From an uncultured Gemmatimonadota bacterium (lineage in GTDB: Bacteria; GCA-2686955), in contig CAZBBK010000008.1 in assembly GCA_964490075.1 (NCBI GenBank), positions 62,001-124,786 of the forward strand: a DNA stretch of 62,786 nt, in the 5' to 3' direction. The notes beneath the pieces are model-generated. The model made no database searches. It was not told the origin of the DNA and was given only the letters and a program-made list of their open reading frames with translations. The translations under genes were made by a program, and so were the position numbers. Position 1 is the stretch's first letter, and each line of letters opens with the position of its first letter. Of this stretch, positions 1 through 9,752 are shown piece by piece.

Positions 1-585
1 CACACACTGACGCCCATTAGCAAGGACCTTCAGCTTCCGGTCGTGGTTCTGCGCATGATCGACGAGCAAGGAACGGCCTGTCCCTTCCTCGGCGACGAGG
101 GTTGCACGGTGTACGAAGACCGCCCCTGGTCTTGTCGCATGTACCCTGTTGGGCTGGCGCTGCCGCCGGCGCGCGCCGGACTCGATCCCGAACCGATGTA
201 CTTCCTCTTCGAAGACAGTCACTGCGACGGCGGAACACAGCCCCAGAAATGGACGGTCGAAAGCTGGACCGAGAACCAGGGGATTCCGGAGCGGGAACGG
301 ATCGAGGAGGGCTTCCGTAAGCTCGTCTCGCATCCGTGGTTCATCGGTGGCAGACAGCTCGATCCTCGGCGCATGCAGATGTTCCACATGGCGTGCTACG
401 ACCTGGATGGCTTTCGCAGATTCGTATTCGACAGCACTTTCCTCGAGAGATTCGAGCTGGACCAAGCGCTCGTATCACAGCTTCGAGACGACGACGAGGC
501 GTTGCTGCGCTTCGCTTTCCGCTGGCTTCGATACGCACTTTTCGCTGAACCCACAATGAACCCGCACAAGAACGCGGAAACCTAG
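1..585 (+). CDS. YkgJ-family cysteine-cluster (putative Fe/Zn-chelating) protein, 5'-truncated by the window edge
   Basis: Frame is open from position 1; motif CPFLGDEGCTVYEDRPWSCRMYP is typical of YkgJ/CxxCxxCC proteins; directly upstream of qmoA. Confidence 0.8.
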   Translation, partial: HTLTPISKDLQLPVVVLRMIDEQGTACPFLGDEGCTVYEDRPWSCRMYPVGLALPPARAGLDPEPMYFLFEDSHCDGGTQPQKWTVESWTENQGIPERERIEEGFRKLVSHPWFIGGRQLDPRRMQMFHMACYDLDGFRRFVFDSTFLERFELDQALVSQLRDDDEALLRFAFRWLRYALFAEPTMNPHKNAET

Positions 586-649
586 CATTCGCCCATCCCC
601 GAGCGCTGCTTTCGAGAAGCTCACGGGGACCCGGCGAAGGGAGATTGCC

Positions 650-1906
650 GTGACCACACCGGCATCACGACCCATCCTGACGATCGGAGCAGGGATCGCT
701 GGCGTGACCACTGCTCTCGAGGCCGCAGAAGCAGGGCACGATGTGATTCTGGTCGAACGCGAGCCGGCGATCGGCGGGCGGGTCGTCAGGAACCACCAGT
801 ACTTCCCAAAGCTCTGTCCCCCGCTCTGCGGGATGGAGATCAACACCGGTCGTCTGGATCGCAACGAGCGCATCCGGCTGCTGACGAGCAGCGAGGTGAC
901 CAGTGCCGAGCGCATTGATGAAGGCTGGACGGTCGAGATCCGGCAGGCGCCGGAGCATGTGAATGGCCGTTGCACGGCATGCGGAGATTGCACCAAAGTT
1001 TGTCCGGCCACCACTCCCGATCGCTTCAACTACGCGATGAGCGAAGGACCGGCGATTCGACCTCTCCACACCGAGGCCTATCCGGCTCGCTACACGCTCG
1101 ATAGAGCCGCATGCCCGGCGGATTGCCGTGCCTGTGTCGATGCCTGCAAGTACGACGCCATCGACCTCGAAGCGCAGCCGACGGACCAGACGATCGACGT
1201 CGGTGCCGTTGTCTTGGCGACGGGATGGGATCCCTATCCACTGGAGAAGCTGAGCGAGTTGGGTGGCGGCGAGCTGGCGGACGTGATCGCCAATGTGCAC
1301 CTGGAGAGAATGGTTGCGACCTCGGGACCGTCGGAGGGGAAGATCCTGCGTCCGTCGAACGGAGAGCCCCCCAAGCGAGTGGCGTTCGTCCAATGCGCCG
1401 GCTCCCGCGACACCAACCACCTGCCCTACTGCTCCGCGGTCTGTTGTCTCGCCTCGTACAAGCAGGCGACCTACGTGCGCGACCAGCTCCCCGATGCGGA
1501 GGTGGCGATCTACTACATCGATCGCCGCGCCCCGGGCAGAAACGAGGAGATGCTGAAGCAGGCGGAGGAACTGGAAAGCGTCGATCTGGTCAAAGGCAAA
1601 GTGGGAAGGATCGAGGCCGGCGACGGAGGTGTGCTGAAGCTGCGCGTGGAGGACATCGACTCCGGCCGGCTGCTGGAAGCGGAGGCCGATCTGGTGGTTT
1701 TGGCTACCGGCATGGTGCCGCGCGTCGACCAGGACGGAGCGCCCTTCGGCGCTCAGCTGGATGACTACGGCTTCGGACTGGATGACAAGGACGCCAAGGT
1801 CTTCGTGGCGGGGGTCTCGCGCAGACCCGAAGATGTCGCCGCCTCGGTGCGGAACGCAACAGGCACGGCCGCGAAGGCGATCGTTGCAGCGTTGAGGAGT
1901 GCATGA
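650..1906 (+). CDS. qmoA: QmoA, HdrA-like flavoprotein of the quinone-interacting membrane-bound oxidoreductase
   Basis: FAD motif GAGIAG; YFPKLCPPLCG; ferredoxin Cys motifs; FVQCAGSRD..HLPYCSAVCC; 418 aa; first of an A-B-C triplet before sat. Confidence 0.92.
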   Translation: MTTPASRPILTIGAGIAGVTTALEAAEAGHDVILVEREPAIGGRVVRNHQYFPKLCPPLCGMEINTGRLDRNERIRLLTSSEVTSAERIDEGWTVEIRQAPEHVNGRCTACGDCTKVCPATTPDRFNYAMSEGPAIRPLHTEAYPARYTLDRAACPADCRACVDACKYDAIDLEAQPTDQTIDVGAVVLATGWDPYPLEKLSELGGGELADVIANVHLERMVATSGPSEGKILRPSNGEPPKRVAFVQCAGSRDTNHLPYCSAVCCLASYKQATYVRDQLPDAEVAIYYIDRRAPGRNEEMLKQAEELESVDLVKGKVGRIEAGDGGVLKLRVEDIDSGRLLEAEADLVVLATGMVPRVDQDGAPFGAQLDDYGFGLDDKDAKVFVAGVSRRPEDVAASVRNATGTAAKAIVAALRSA

Positions 1907-4158
1907 TGGAAAACGTCGGTGCATTCGTTTGCACGGGATGCGATATCGGTGAGGCGATCGACGTCGCGGAGCTCGAGGAGATCTGTGACGACGGCGGTGC
2001 CAAGACCTTCGTGACCCACGCCTGTCTCTGCTCGCCCGAGGGTGTGGCCGCGATCCAAGAGTCGGCGGAATCGGAAGGCTGCGACGGTCTGATGCTCGCG
2101 GCCTGCTCGGCCAGGTGCAAGAGGGCGGAGATCGGCTTCGACGACTCGGATCTGATCGTCGAGAGAGTGCCGCTCCGAGAGCAAGTGGTTTGGCCGCAGG
2201 AGCCGCAGCACGAAGACACGCAGATGCTGGCGGAGGACATGGTTCGCATGGGACTGGCCCGGATCTCGAAGCTCGGTCCGCCCCTTCCCATCGACGAGAC
2301 CATCGAGTCCGCGGTGCTGGTGCTCGGTGGCGGACTCGCAGGAATGAACGCGGCGTTGGCCGCGGCCGGAATGCATCATCCTGTGGTGTTGGTGGAGGAG
2401 AAGGAGGAGCTGGGCGGCTACCTTGCCGGGACCACCCACGTTGTGCCGGAGGCGCCTCCCTATGACGCTCCTCACCTGAATACGCTGCCGGGGCTGATTG
2501 CCGAAGTGCGCGCGGAGGAACGAATTCGGGTCTGCACGGGAACCACCGTGGAGCAGATATCCGGGCAGCCGGGTCAGTTCCAGGTGAGCCTGAAAGGCGA
2601 GGTCAGCGAGCAAGGGATCGGCATCGGAGCGATCGTTCAGGCAACGGGCGCGCTGCCATACGACGCATCCCGACTCACCGAGCTCGGCTACGCTGAATCG
2701 GCCGACGTCGTGACCACACACGAGATGGAGGCGATGCTCAAGAACGGCGGTGTGCGGCGCCCCTCGAACGGTGAGACACCGAGGCGCATCGTGTTCCTGC
2801 AGTGCGCCGGCTCCCGCGACGCGGCGCATCTGCCCTACTGCTCGTCGGAATGCTGCGCCACGACCTTGAAGCTCGTGTCGCGCCTGGGCGAGCTGTGCCC
2901 GGAATCAGAATCCGTTGTGGTGTACCGCGATATGCGGGCGCCGGGTCAGCTCGAGCACTTCTACGAGAGCGTCCAGGAGAACTCCGGATGCATTTTCACC
3001 CGGGGTGATGTGACCAGCGTCGGCAGCAACGGCAACGGGCGGATCGCGGTCGCCCTGCACGAGAGCCTGATCGGTCGCGACATGGTCCTCGACGCTGACC
3101 TGGTGGTGCTCGCAACGGGAATGGTCCCGCGCTCGGCCGACGGCGAGGCGATTCGCGCCTACCTGGACGCCAAGGCCCGTTCCGAGACCTCCGACTCGGA
3201 AGTGCAGAGGGCCGAGGCGGCGAAGGTGGCCGAGGGGCTAAAGGACCACGAAGGCACGGAGATCCTCAATCTGAGCTACCGCCAGGGACCGGACCTTCCG
3301 GTGCTCGGCTACAACTTCCCCGATTCGCACTACATCTGCTTCCCCTATGAGTCCCGCCGTACGGGCGTGTATGCAGCCGGCACGGTGCGGGCCCCGATGG
3401 ATGCCGCCCAGGCGGCGGAGGACGGCTGGGGCGCCGCCATGAAGGCCGTTCAGTGCATCGCGGCCAGCGAGCGTGGAGAGGCGGTCCATCCCCGCGCCGG
3501 CGATCGTTCGATAGCCGACTTCGCGCTGCAGCGATGCACTCAGTGCAAGCGCTGCACGGAGGAGTGCCCCTTCGGGACGCTGGACGAAGACGAGAAAGGC
3601 ACGCCCCAGTACAATGCACTGCGTTGTCGCCGTTGCGGAATCTGCCTCGGGGCATGCCCGGAGCGGATCATCTCCTTCCCGGAGTACACGGTCGACGCGG
3701 TGGCCAGCATGATCAAAGCCGTGGAGGTTCCGGATGAGGAGGACGAAAAACCCCGCATCCTGGCGTTCATGTGCGAGAACGATGCGCTGCCTGCCCTGGA
3801 GGAGGCGGCGAAGCGAGGCCTGAAGTGGAACCCGTGGATCCGCGTGATTCCGGTCCGATGCCTCGGCGCGGTCAACACCGTTTGGATCGCCGATTCGTTG
3901 TCGAGCGGATTCGACGGCGTGATGCTCTTCGGCTGCCGCCGCGGCGACGACTACCAATGCCACTACATCAAGGGCTCGGAGCTGGCCGCCGACCGCATGG
4001 GAAACGTCCAGGAGACACTCGATCGATTGGCCCTGGAATCCGAACGTCTGAAGGTCATCGAGATCGGCAGAGACGAGTTCCAGCGTGTGCCAGAGCTCTT
4101 CGAGGAGTTCGCGGAGACCATCGAGGAGGTCGGCCCCAATCCGTACAAGGACTTCTAG
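1903..4158 (+). CDS. qmoB: QmoB, HdrA-like with C-terminal MvhD-like domain
   Basis: N-terminal CTGC, GGGLAG FAD site, QCAGSRD, CTQCKRCTEECP and CRRCGICLGACP, C-terminal MvhD-like FMCEND..RCLG..GC..DYQCHY; ATGA overlap with qmoA. Confidence 0.93.
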   Translation: MMENVGAFVCTGCDIGEAIDVAELEEICDDGGAKTFVTHACLCSPEGVAAIQESAESEGCDGLMLAACSARCKRAEIGFDDSDLIVERVPLREQVVWPQEPQHEDTQMLAEDMVRMGLARISKLGPPLPIDETIESAVLVLGGGLAGMNAALAAAGMHHPVVLVEEKEELGGYLAGTTHVVPEAPPYDAPHLNTLPGLIAEVRAEERIRVCTGTTVEQISGQPGQFQVSLKGEVSEQGIGIGAIVQATGALPYDASRLTELGYAESADVVTTHEMEAMLKNGGVRRPSNGETPRRIVFLQCAGSRDAAHLPYCSSECCATTLKLVSRLGELCPESESVVVYRDMRAPGQLEHFYESVQENSGCIFTRGDVTSVGSNGNGRIAVALHESLIGRDMVLDADLVVLATGMVPRSADGEAIRAYLDAKARSETSDSEVQRAEAAKVAEGLKDHEGTEILNLSYRQGPDLPVLGYNFPDSHYICFPYESRRTGVYAAGTVRAPMDAAQAAEDGWGAAMKAVQCIAASERGEAVHPRAGDRSIADFALQRCTQCKRCTEECPFGTLDEDEKGTPQYNALRCRRCGICLGACPERIISFPEYTVDAVASMIKAVEVPDEEDEKPRILAFMCENDALPALEEAAKRGLKWNPWIRVIPVRCLGAVNTVWIADSLSSGFDGVMLFGCRRGDDYQCHYIKGSELAADRMGNVQETLDRLALESERLKVIEIGRDEFQRVPELFEEFAETIEEVGPNPYKDF

Positions 4159-4167
4159 GGGATCGCC

Positions 4168-5355
4168 ATGCCATCAACACCCACCCGTCCGGACTCCGAC
4201 GCCGATCCCGGGCGCATTCGCGAGCGCGGCGGTGAGAAGATCACCAAGTGCTGCCAATGCGGCACTTGCACCGCCGTCTGTGACTTGGCGACACCGGAAA
4301 CGTCGTTTCCCAGGCGGCAGGTTCAGCTGGCGCGTTGGGGACTGATGGCCGAGCTGGCCAGCGATCCAGCGATCTGGCTCTGCCACCAGTGCAACGATTG
4401 CACTCGGCGGTGTCCCAAAGACGCGCGGCCGGGCGATGTGTTGCAGGCGGTTCGCGCGACCGCGATCGAGACGCTCGCCGTGCCGCGCTTCATGGGGCGC
4501 CTGGTGGCCCGGGCCGAGGCGACCTGGCCGCTGCTTCTGGGAGTGCCAATCCTGTTCTTCGTGGTTCTATTGGCGCTCACGGGGCATCTGAACGTCCCGC
4601 AGGCACCTTTTCCCCTCGGCAGCTTCGCCTACGAGCTCTTCGTCCCCCACAACCTGATCTACGCGGTGTTCTTTCCGGCGGCGGGACTCGTGATGCTGGC
4701 AATGTGGAGCAGCGGTCGCCGTCTGTGGAGGCGCTTCGACGACGCCAAGCGGCGTCGTGGTTCGTTTCTGTCCAACCTCGTCCCGGTCGTGGTCGAGATC
4801 GCTACCCACGGTCGGTTCAGCGCTTGCGGTCCGTCCGAATCCCGAAAAGCGGGCCACCTGGCGCTGGTTTGGGGTTTCATCGGAGCGGCGGTAACCTCTG
4901 GTCTTCTGATCGTTGCGATCTATGTCATGGATGAGCCCATGCCCTTGCCCCTGGCGCACCCCTTCAAGCTCTTGGGAAATCTGTCGGCGCTCCTTCTTCT
5001 GGCCGGAGGATTTCTTCTGGTGCGCGGCAGGCTGGACCGCGATCCAAACTCCAGCGCATCCACTTCATTCGATCTGTTCTTTCTGTCGCTCGTGATCCTG
5101 GTGATCGTCACCGGGGTCTTGGCGGAGGCGGGGCGTTTCGCGTTTCCGAACGCCGTCAACTGCGCCGTCTATGTCGTTCATCTCGGCGCGGTTCTCAGTC
5201 TGTTTCTGACCTGTCCCTATTCGAAATTCTCTCACCTTTTGTATCGTACCTTGGCCATGGTCCATGAGCGCATGGTTCTGTCGCCATCAATAGAAGATCC
5301 CCAAACAGCGCCGTCGGAGGTCGTAGTGCCCGAGACGGTTGGAGTAACTACATGA
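4168..5355 (+). CDS. qmoC: QmoC, HdrC-like Fe-S domain plus membrane cytochrome b domain
   Basis: [11 protein letters not shown] and [12 protein letters not shown] followed by about 6 TM helices, HPFKLLGN and [11 protein letters not shown]. Confidence 0.9.
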   Translation: MPSTPTRPDSDADPGRIRERGGEKITKCCQCGTCTAVCDLATPETSFPRRQVQLARWGLMAELASDPAIWLCHQCNDCTRRCPKDARPGDVLQAVRATAIETLAVPRFMGRLVARAEATWPLLLGVPILFFVVLLALTGHLNVPQAPFPLGSFAYELFVPHNLIYAVFFPAAGLVMLAMWSSGRRLWRRFDDAKRRRGSFLSNLVPVVVEIATHGRFSACGPSESRKAGHLALVWGFIGAAVTSGLLIVAIYVMDEPMPLPLAHPFKLLGNLSALLLLAGGFLLVRGRLDRDPNSSASTSFDLFFLSLVILVIVTGVLAEAGRFAFPNAVNCAVYVVHLGAVLSLFLTCPYSKFSHLLYRTLAMVHERMVLSPSIEDPQTAPSEVVVPETVGVTT

Positions 5356-6617
5356 GTATGTTGGTCAAGCCCCATGGTGGGCAAGATCTGCTGCCGCTGC
5401 TTCTCGATGATGCGGAGCGGGCTTCGGAGCTGGCTAAGGCCGAGGGCCTCAAGAAGGTCCCGATGACCACGAGGGAGACCTCGGACCTCATCATGATGGG
5501 AATCGGTGCGTTCACGCCCCTGACCGGCTTCATGGGGCACGACGACTGGAAGGGTTGCTGCAGCGAGTACACACTTCCCTCGATGAACGGGCTTTTCTGG
5601 CCAATTCCGATCACGCTCTCGGCCGCGCAGGGTCTGGCCGACTCGATCGGTATCGGTGAGGAGGTCGCGCTCGTCGACACCGAGACCGGAACCATCATGG
5701 GCACCATGAAGGTCACCGAGAAGTACACCATCGACCGGGCCTTCGAGTGCAAGCAGGTCTTCACGACCGACGACAGCGAGCATCCGGGCGTGGCCAAAGT
5801 GATGGAACAGGCCGACGTGAATCTGGCCGGCCCGGTCAAGGTGCTCTCCGAATCCTACTACCCCGACATGTTCAAGGAGATCTACCAGCGACCGGCGGAG
5901 GCGCGGGCGCTGTTCTCGGAGCGTGGCTGGAGCACCGTTGCGGCCCTGCAGCTGCGCAACCCGATGCACAACTCCCACGCCTATCTGGCCTGGATCGCCA
6001 ACGAGATCTGCGACGGCGTGTACATCCACCAGCTGGTCGGCAAGCTGAAGCCTGGCGACATCCCGGCTGATGTTCGTGTCCGAGCGATCGACGCCTTGGT
6101 GAAGAACTACTTCCGAGAAGAGCGCATCATTCAGGGCGGCTACCCGATGGAGATGCGCTACGCCGGGCCGCGCGAGGCTCTGCTGCACGCCGTGTTCCGG
6201 CAAAATTACGGCTGCAGCCACCTGATCGTCGGCCGCGACCACGCGGGCGTCGGGGACTACTACGGCCCCTTCGATGCGCAGAAGATCTTCCACGAGATCC
6301 CCAAGAACGCGCTGGACCTGCAGCCGCTGCCCCTCGACTGGACCTTCTATTGTTACGACTGCGAGACCATGGCCTCGATGAAGACCTGCCCGCACGATAG
6401 CAAGGCGGTCATCGACGACAACGGGCAGTACCAGGGCGGCTCCAGGCTGCTGCTCTCCGGAACCATGCTGCGCAAGCTCATGAGTGAGGGAAAGCCGGTG
6501 CCGAAGGAGTTCTCGAAGCCCGAGGTGGTGGCGATCCTCAAGGACTACTACGACAACCTCGAAGAGCGAGTGGAAATCAAGATGCACGGCGCCGCCACCG
6601 GCGACGTGAAGAAGTAA
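5352..6617 (+). CDS. sat: Sulfate adenylyltransferase (ATP sulfurylase, dissimilatory type)
   Basis: [44 protein letters not shown], CxxC..CPH Zn site, LSGT.LR. Confidence 0.97.
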   Translation: MSMLVKPHGGQDLLPLLLDDAERASELAKAEGLKKVPMTTRETSDLIMMGIGAFTPLTGFMGHDDWKGCCSEYTLPSMNGLFWPIPITLSAAQGLADSIGIGEEVALVDTETGTIMGTMKVTEKYTIDRAFECKQVFTTDDSEHPGVAKVMEQADVNLAGPVKVLSESYYPDMFKEIYQRPAEARALFSERGWSTVAALQLRNPMHNSHAYLAWIANEICDGVYIHQLVGKLKPGDIPADVRVRAIDALVKNYFREERIIQGGYPMEMRYAGPREALLHAVFRQNYGCSHLIVGRDHAGVGDYYGPFDAQKIFHEIPKNALDLQPLPLDWTFYCYDCETMASMKTCPHDSKAVIDDNGQYQGGSRLLLSGTMLRKLMSEGKPVPKEFSKPEVVAILKDYYDNLEERVEIKMHGAATGDVKK

Positions 6618-6706
6618 CCAGGGCCGACGGATCTCCGTGGCGAGTGCCGGCTTCGAGACCGGCCTCGCTCCGGAGCCTGACGTCGAATGCACGATCGGGG
6701 ATCCTG

Positions 6707-7255
6707 ATGGCCGCGCAGAAGGTCTCGACAGATACCGTAGTGCGAGCAGTCCGCGAAGACATCACGCAGGTCGACGCCGACGCGTTCGTCTACCACGCCC
6801 AAGGGGATCTGGTTCTCGGAACCGGCTTCGGGAACGCCATAGCTCAGCGTGGCGGACCCTCCATCCAGGCCGAGCTGAATGAGCTGGGACCGTGCCAGAC
6901 CTGCGACGCCGTGATCACCAAGGCGGGCAATCTCAAGGCCAGCCACATCATTCACGCCGTCGGTCCGAGATTCCGCGAGGCGAACATCGAGGAGAAGGTC
7001 CGTCGGACCATCGCCAACGCGATGAAGGTCGCGGAGGAGAACGGGGTTCGCACGCTGGCTGTCCCCGCCTTGGGACGAGGATTCTACGGCGTTCCCCTTC
7101 CGGTCTCGGCCAAGAACACGGTGGCGGGTGTGCTGAACTACTTGCGGCAGGTTAGGTCGGGCCTCTCCGAGGTGCTCATCTGTGTGAACGATCGAAACGA
7201 GCTGGACGCGGTCGAGGCCGAGATCGCGCGAAGCGGCCCGCAAGAGGAGCGCTGA
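6707..7255 (+). CDS. Macro-domain protein with degenerate catalytic motif
   Basis: EDITQ..DA, AVITKAGNLKASHIIHAVGP and PALGRGFYG match the macro fold; canonical NAAN..GGGV is replaced by YHAQ..GTGFG. Start moved to ATG 6707. Confidence 0.85.
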   Translation: MAAQKVSTDTVVRAVREDITQVDADAFVYHAQGDLVLGTGFGNAIAQRGGPSIQAELNELGPCQTCDAVITKAGNLKASHIIHAVGPRFREANIEEKVRRTIANAMKVAEENGVRTLAVPALGRGFYGVPLPVSAKNTVAGVLNYLRQVRSGLSEVLICVNDRNELDAVEAEIARSGPQEER

Positions 7256-7258
7256 CCG

Positions 7259-7930
7259 ATGAGTGCAGCACTACATTTCTCCGAGCACACGCTGCAAGAG
7301 CTCGCGCTGGTGTTCATGGCGCTGGTTTACATCATTCGTCTGCGTTGGCTGTTTCGCTTCAAGGCGGGGCGGGAGCGCCAGGCGCCGACCGGTGCGTTGG
7401 ACACCACTCGGCCGCGAGGCGGGCGCTACTCCGTTGCCATCATCGCGATGCCCTGGGCGCTGGAGAGCTATCGCAAAAACCCTTGGATGTACCTTCAGTT
7501 CGTCGTGTTTCATCTGGGCGTGGTTGCCGCCATCGGATTGTCCTTCCTGATCCCCTACGCCCCCGGGATTCTCGCGAATCCGGCGATGGTCATGCTCATT
7601 CAGGTACTCACAGTGGCGGCGTTCTTCGTTTCCTGTATTCGCCTCTACCGCAGATTGAGCCAGCCGGTGATGCGCAAAATCAGCTCGCCCGACGACTATT
7701 TTTCGCTCGGCCTGCTAACCGTGTGGTTTCTATTCGCGTGTCTGTCGGCATCCAACTCTACCGCCAGGGGAGAAGGCGTTCTTCTCGCGTTCTTCATTCT
7801 CACGGCGTTTTTCCTGATCTACGTTCCATTCAGCAAGATATCCCACTACCTGTACTATCCCTTCACGCGTCTCTGGCTCGGCCGTTCCCTGGGCCACAGA
7901 GGCGTGTATCCGATGACCAAGGGAGCCTGA
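7259..7930 (+). CDS. NarI/TmcC/HmcE-like membrane cytochrome b subunit
   Basis: About 5 TM helices, FHLGV, RKISSPDDYFS, YVPFSKISHY; typical of the NarI/DsrM/TmcC family. Confidence 0.8.
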   Translation: MSAALHFSEHTLQELALVFMALVYIIRLRWLFRFKAGRERQAPTGALDTTRPRGGRYSVAIIAMPWALESYRKNPWMYLQFVVFHLGVVAAIGLSFLIPYAPGILANPAMVMLIQVLTVAAFFVSCIRLYRRLSQPVMRKISSPDDYFSLGLLTVWFLFACLSASNSTARGEGVLLAFFILTAFFLIYVPFSKISHYLYYPFTRLWLGRSLGHRGVYPMTKGA

Positions 7931-7985
7931 CGGAGCCACGAGCGGCGTAGCGCATCTGAAACCAAACGAAGAGCCCACTGACGGA

Positions 7986-9749
7986 GTGAAGGAAGTGCCG
8001 AGCGTGAAAACAGAAGAGAGATCGGAAAAGGCAGAACTCGTCATTCAGAGGTTGGGCGAAAAACTCAATCGACAGGTGGTGGGGTCTCTCGTTGCGTGCG
8101 TGCACTGCGGCATGTGCACCGAGGCATGTCACTACGTGCTCTCCAATCCGGAGGATCCCTCGCTGGCGCCGACGGTCAAAGCCGATCAGATCAGGCGGCT
8201 GTTCAAGCGGCATTTCGATTGGACGGGGCGGGTTTTTCCCTGGTGGGCGAAGGCAGGAAGCGTTGCCACGGAAGAAGACCTGGAAGCACTGAAAGACGTC
8301 GTTTTCGGCAAGTGCACCAACTGCCGCCGCTGCACCTTCAACTGTCCCATGGGGGTCGACTTCGCTACTCTGAACCGCATGGCTCGGGGTCTGTTGGTTT
8401 CTGTCGGCATCATGCCGGAAGGTGTGGCCGCGGTCAGTAAGGACCAATGGGAGATCGGCAATCAGATGGGAGTCCTGAAGGAGGACTACATCGAGACCAT
8501 CGAGTGGATGTCGGAGGAGCTCGTCGACGACGTCGAAGACGATGCGGCCGCGATCCCCATCGACAGGCCGGACTGCAAGATCATCTATACGATCAACCCC
8601 AGAGAGGTGAAGTACGATCCCCGCAGTATCGCCGATGCCGCCAAGATCTTCTACGCGGCGGGTGAGAGCTGGACGATGCCGAGCGAGGGTTGGGACATGA
8701 CCAACTTCGGCCTCTTCTCAGGCGATGATGATCTGGGCGGAACCGTCGCCAGGAGGCTCTACGAGAAGGCGGTGGAGCTCAGGGGCGAGACCGTGGTGAT
8801 GTCAGAGTGCGGACATGGTTATCGATCGACGCGCTGCGAAGGGCCGAACTGGGCCGGGATGGACATCCCCTTCGAGATGGAGAGCTCGGTCATCACCATG
8901 CTGCGCTACATCAAAGAAGGGCGTATCAAGGTCGACAGGAGCAAGAACACCGTCCCGGTTACCTTCCACGATTCCTGCAACAACGCGCGCAGCTGCGGTC
9001 TCACCGAGGAGCCGCGGGAGCTGCTCGACCTGGTGGTCACAGACTTCCGCGAGATGTACCCGAATCGCGCCGAGAACTACTGCTGCACCGGTGGCGGTGG
9101 CGCAATGTCGATGAGCGAGTACGCTTCGCGCCGCTTGGCCTCGGGAAAAGTGAAGGCCGATCAGCTGGCCGAGACGGGCGCAAAAATCGTCGTGACATCG
9201 TGCCACAACTGTGTTGATGGTCTGAGCGACGTGATCAAGCACTACAAGCTGGACATGGAGGTGACGCAGCTGGTGAACCTGGTCGCCAATGCGCTGGTGC
9301 TCGAGGAGAAGCCGGCGCCGGCGCCGGTGGAGCAGGCGCTGGCGGAAGCCGCGGAGACAACGGAGTTCAGCGGGCGCACGGTCCTGGTGGTGGATGACGA
9401 GCCAGACATCTGCACATTCCTGAGCGCGATTCTCGAGGATCACGGAGCGGAGGTGATCCAGGCGACCAGCGGGGAGGAAGCGCTGGGCGTGGCGAAGAAG
9501 CGGCGACCGGATCTGATTACGCTGGATCTGTCGATGCCTGGAATGGACGGCGGGCAAGTGTTCGAGGCGTTGAGGCATGACACCGATCTGGCATCGATTC
9601 CAGTCTGCGTCATTACCGGCAAGCCGGAGCTTCGGCGGGTCATCTACGAGAAAGACATCCTCCGTCCAGAGGGCTACCTGGACAAGCCGGTTGATGAGGA
9701 GACCTTCCTCACCAGTACGCGCAAAATCCTATTGCATGGCAAGGAGTGA
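7986..9749 (+). CDS. TmcB/DsrK/HdrD-like Fe-S CCG-domain protein fused to a C-terminal receiver domain
   Basis: CVHCGMCTEAC, CTNCRRCTFNCP, ECGHG, HDSC, YCCTGGGG, SCHNC; Pro/Ala/Glu linker; then VLVVDDE..DLITLDLSMPG..ITG..DKP. Exact GTG start uncertain (7986-8004). Confidence 0.88.
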   Translation: MKEVPSVKTEERSEKAELVIQRLGEKLNRQVVGSLVACVHCGMCTEACHYVLSNPEDPSLAPTVKADQIRRLFKRHFDWTGRVFPWWAKAGSVATEEDLEALKDVVFGKCTNCRRCTFNCPMGVDFATLNRMARGLLVSVGIMPEGVAAVSKDQWEIGNQMGVLKEDYIETIEWMSEELVDDVEDDAAAIPIDRPDCKIIYTINPREVKYDPRSIADAAKIFYAAGESWTMPSEGWDMTNFGLFSGDDDLGGTVARRLYEKAVELRGETVVMSECGHGYRSTRCEGPNWAGMDIPFEMESSVITMLRYIKEGRIKVDRSKNTVPVTFHDSCNNARSCGLTEEPRELLDLVVTDFREMYPNRAENYCCTGGGGAMSMSEYASRRLASGKVKADQLAETGAKIVVTSCHNCVDGLSDVIKHYKLDMEVTQLVNLVANALVLEEKPAPAPVEQALAEAAETTEFSGRTVLVVDDEPDICTFLSAILEDHGAEVIQATSGEEALGVAKKRRPDLITLDLSMPGMDGGQVFEALRHDTDLASIPVCVITGKPELRRVIYEKDILRPEGYLDKPVDEETFLTSTRKILLHGKE

Positions 9750-9752
9750 GCG

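Noticed and set aside
650-4158. Possible selenocysteine recoding in the HdrA/MvhD-like Qmo subunits
   Set aside because: Both ORFs are full length with Cys at the motif positions and have no in-frame TGA.
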